A stretch of DNA of 64,000 nucleotides, taken from assembly GCF_964213995.1 (NCBI RefSeq), contig NW_027590175.1, positions 186,001 to 250,000 of the forward strand, written 5' to 3'. The position numbers were made by a program, and so were the translations under genes. The notes under the pieces are model-generated. The model saw nothing but the letters and a program-made list of their open reading frames with translations. It ran no database searches and was not told the origin of the DNA. The DNA comes from Mustelus asterias (lineage: Eukaryota). Positions 62,005-64,000 of this stretch are shown here, in pieces. Each line of letters starts with the position of its first letter. The first letter of the stretch is position 1.

Positions 62005-62160
62005 ATGGGTGGGGGCGGGGCTCCCGGGTCCGCGCGCCCGGGCCTGCTCACTGGAACCCGGAGACGTCACCGCGGAGCACAGTGATTCCTATTGGCTGAT
62101 TCAAGGATGGCTCCGCTGTGACGTCACAAAGGGGAAGTTGGCCAATGATGATGTAATTTA
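62005..62160. promoter_or_regulatory. CpG-rich Pol II promoter-like patch
   Basis: GC box 62011, GACGTCA 62063, ATTGG 62091, TGACGTCA 62119, CCAAT 62142. Confidence 0.5.
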
Positions 62161-62904
62161 AACAATGCCTGAGATCACTTCACTTCTTGGTCAGACCCCC
62201 TTTTCAGTCCAGTGCTACTTGGAGTTTACCGTCAATTCAACAACTATTGGGTTACAAGTCCCTCACAGTTCTGATCTCAAATTTATGATAAAATAATTTA
62301 AATAATGCATGAGAACGCTTCTTAACTAACTACCGACCACTGTTTGTTGATTGATCAGACCCCCATTTTACAGATTCGGGAATCTCAGCCACTGAACACC
62401 AGCCCGTCCTGGAATAAGTTTAATTCTAACTCATTCTGAGTAAATATTCTCACCAGGTCCTCTGTCGGGGCCCTGCCAAGCAGCTTTAATAGTCCGTGAT
62501 TGCAGAAACTGAGCAGTCACAGGAATGTGGTCAAGATAGTCCAGTCCCATAATGCCTCACATTCAATCTGTAGTCCTTCAATTATAACAGAATATGTGGC
62601 TGTATGTAGCTGCCTCGGCCATGATCAGCGCCAACACTGCCTTCCTGAACTGTTACAATGCCTAAGGTGTAAGTACACCCACAGTGCTGTTAGGGAGGGA
62701 TTTCCAGCTACACATTCCACACTTCCTCTAGACTGTGGGTGGATACGAGATTGATACATTTCATTCAACTGCACTCAAGCTGAGTTATTCAAATCCCTTT
62801 ATTGTACGGGACAATATATTCATGATTCCTTTAAAACAGAAATTAAACATTCCCATTTGATTTCAGGTATTAACATATTCTGTTAGTTTGTTCTTTATTG
62901 TCAA

Positions 62905-63200
62905 TGTCAGGCTGGGGATTGTTCCTCTTGGAGAAAAGGAGGTTGAGGGGAGATTTGATAGAGGTGGACAAGATTCTGACAGGTTTAGATAAGGTGGACA
63001 AAGAAAAGCTGTTCCCATTAGCTGACGGGACAAGGACGAGGGGGGACACAGATTTAAGGTTTTGGGTCAGAGATGCAGGAGGGATGTGAGGAAGAATATT
63101 TTGATGCAGCGAATGGTAATGACCTGGAACTCGCTGCCTACGAGGGTGGAGGAAGTGGAGACAATAAACAATTACAAAGGAAATTGGATGGGCATTGGGA
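62905..63200 (+). mobile_element. CR1 3' fragment
   Basis: LEKRRLRGDLIEVDKIL. Confidence 0.8.
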
Positions 63201-63454
63201 GGCTTCAAACAGAAATAGTGACTCTGAACTTCCTAACATCCTGTCACTCTGTGATCCTTGTGAAATTTGAAACCAGGTATTCACAACAAGACTGAAAGAG
63301 CATCAGCCCACTGGAGGCAAAGTCATGAGACCGGCCAGTCCAGCAGAAAGAAACCCTCCGACCCTCCCCATTGACCAACTGTGAGAATGAACAAAATGCA
63401 GTCCTGGATGTAATTGAGGGCAGAAACAATAACAGCAGAATCCAACCCCTGGAA

Positions 63455-63950
63455 TCACTCGTGAACTTTTTGGTGTCTCAACAGATGGGATGAAAGACTG
63501 AATCTCTTCTCACACACAGAGCAGGAGAACGGTCTCTCCCCAGTGTGAACTCGCTGGTGTCTCAGCAGCCGGGATGAAACTTTGAATCCCTTCCCACACT
63601 GAGAGCAGGTGAACGGCCTCTCCCCAGTGTGAACTCGCTGGTGTATCTGCAGGCCAGATAACTGACTGAATCCCTTCTCACACTGAGAGCAGGTGAACGG
63701 CCTCTCCCCAGTGTGAACTCGTTGGTGTCTACGCAGGGTGGATAAATTCGTGAATGGCTTCTCCCCAGTGTGGCTGCGCCGATGAACTTCCAGCTCTGAA
63801 GGGGCTCCGTATCCCTTCCCACAGTCCGCACATTTCCATGGTTTCTCCATGGTGCAGGTGTCCTTGCCTCTCTCTTGGGTGGACAATCAGTTGAAGCCTC
63901 GTCCACACACAGAACACGTGTCCAGTCTCTCCCCGCTGTGAATGGTGTGA
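63455..63950 (-). CDS. C2H2 zinc-finger array (XlCGF-like), probably damaged
   Basis: [24 protein letters not shown] repeats; one finger has lost its CxxC; in-frame TGA just upstream of 63886; continues past the window edge. Confidence 0.75.
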
Positions 63951-64000
63951 TATTTATTCAGGCTATGTAACTGGTTAAAGCTCTTGAGTCTGTGAACTGG

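Overview
Vertebrate genomic DNA, most likely from a shark (inferred from HE1/V-SINE-like repeats, abundant CR1 LINEs and a shark-type C2H2 zinc-finger gene). The window is a segmentally duplicated Pol III tRNA gene field with about 40 tRNA genes and relics (Leu, Pro, Lys, Glu, Cys, Asn, Val, Gln, Thr). Only a few look intact or nearly so: Cys-GCA 5847, intron-containing Pro-TGG 21276, Lys-CTT 3052, Gln-CTG 31107 and 51686, and Glu-TTC 44389. The field is heavily invaded by retroelements: a full-length CR1, a CR1>SINE>CR1 nest, Rex1/Babar pieces, an internally deleted Tx1-like L1, and many Penelope-derived palindromes. It also holds an isolated TCR alpha/delta-type V pseudogene with leader exon and 23-RSS (13.5-14.6 kb), and a C2H2 ZNF segment plus a CRE/CCAAT promoter-like patch at the right end. 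The most notable signals are (1) a tRNA-Pro(UGG) family with an 18-nt canonical-position intron in three paralogues, and (2) two families of TSD-flanked fold-back Penelope-derived repeats carrying minimal hammerhead ribozyme cores with covarying stems. All alignments were done by eye, and repeat boundaries are approximate.
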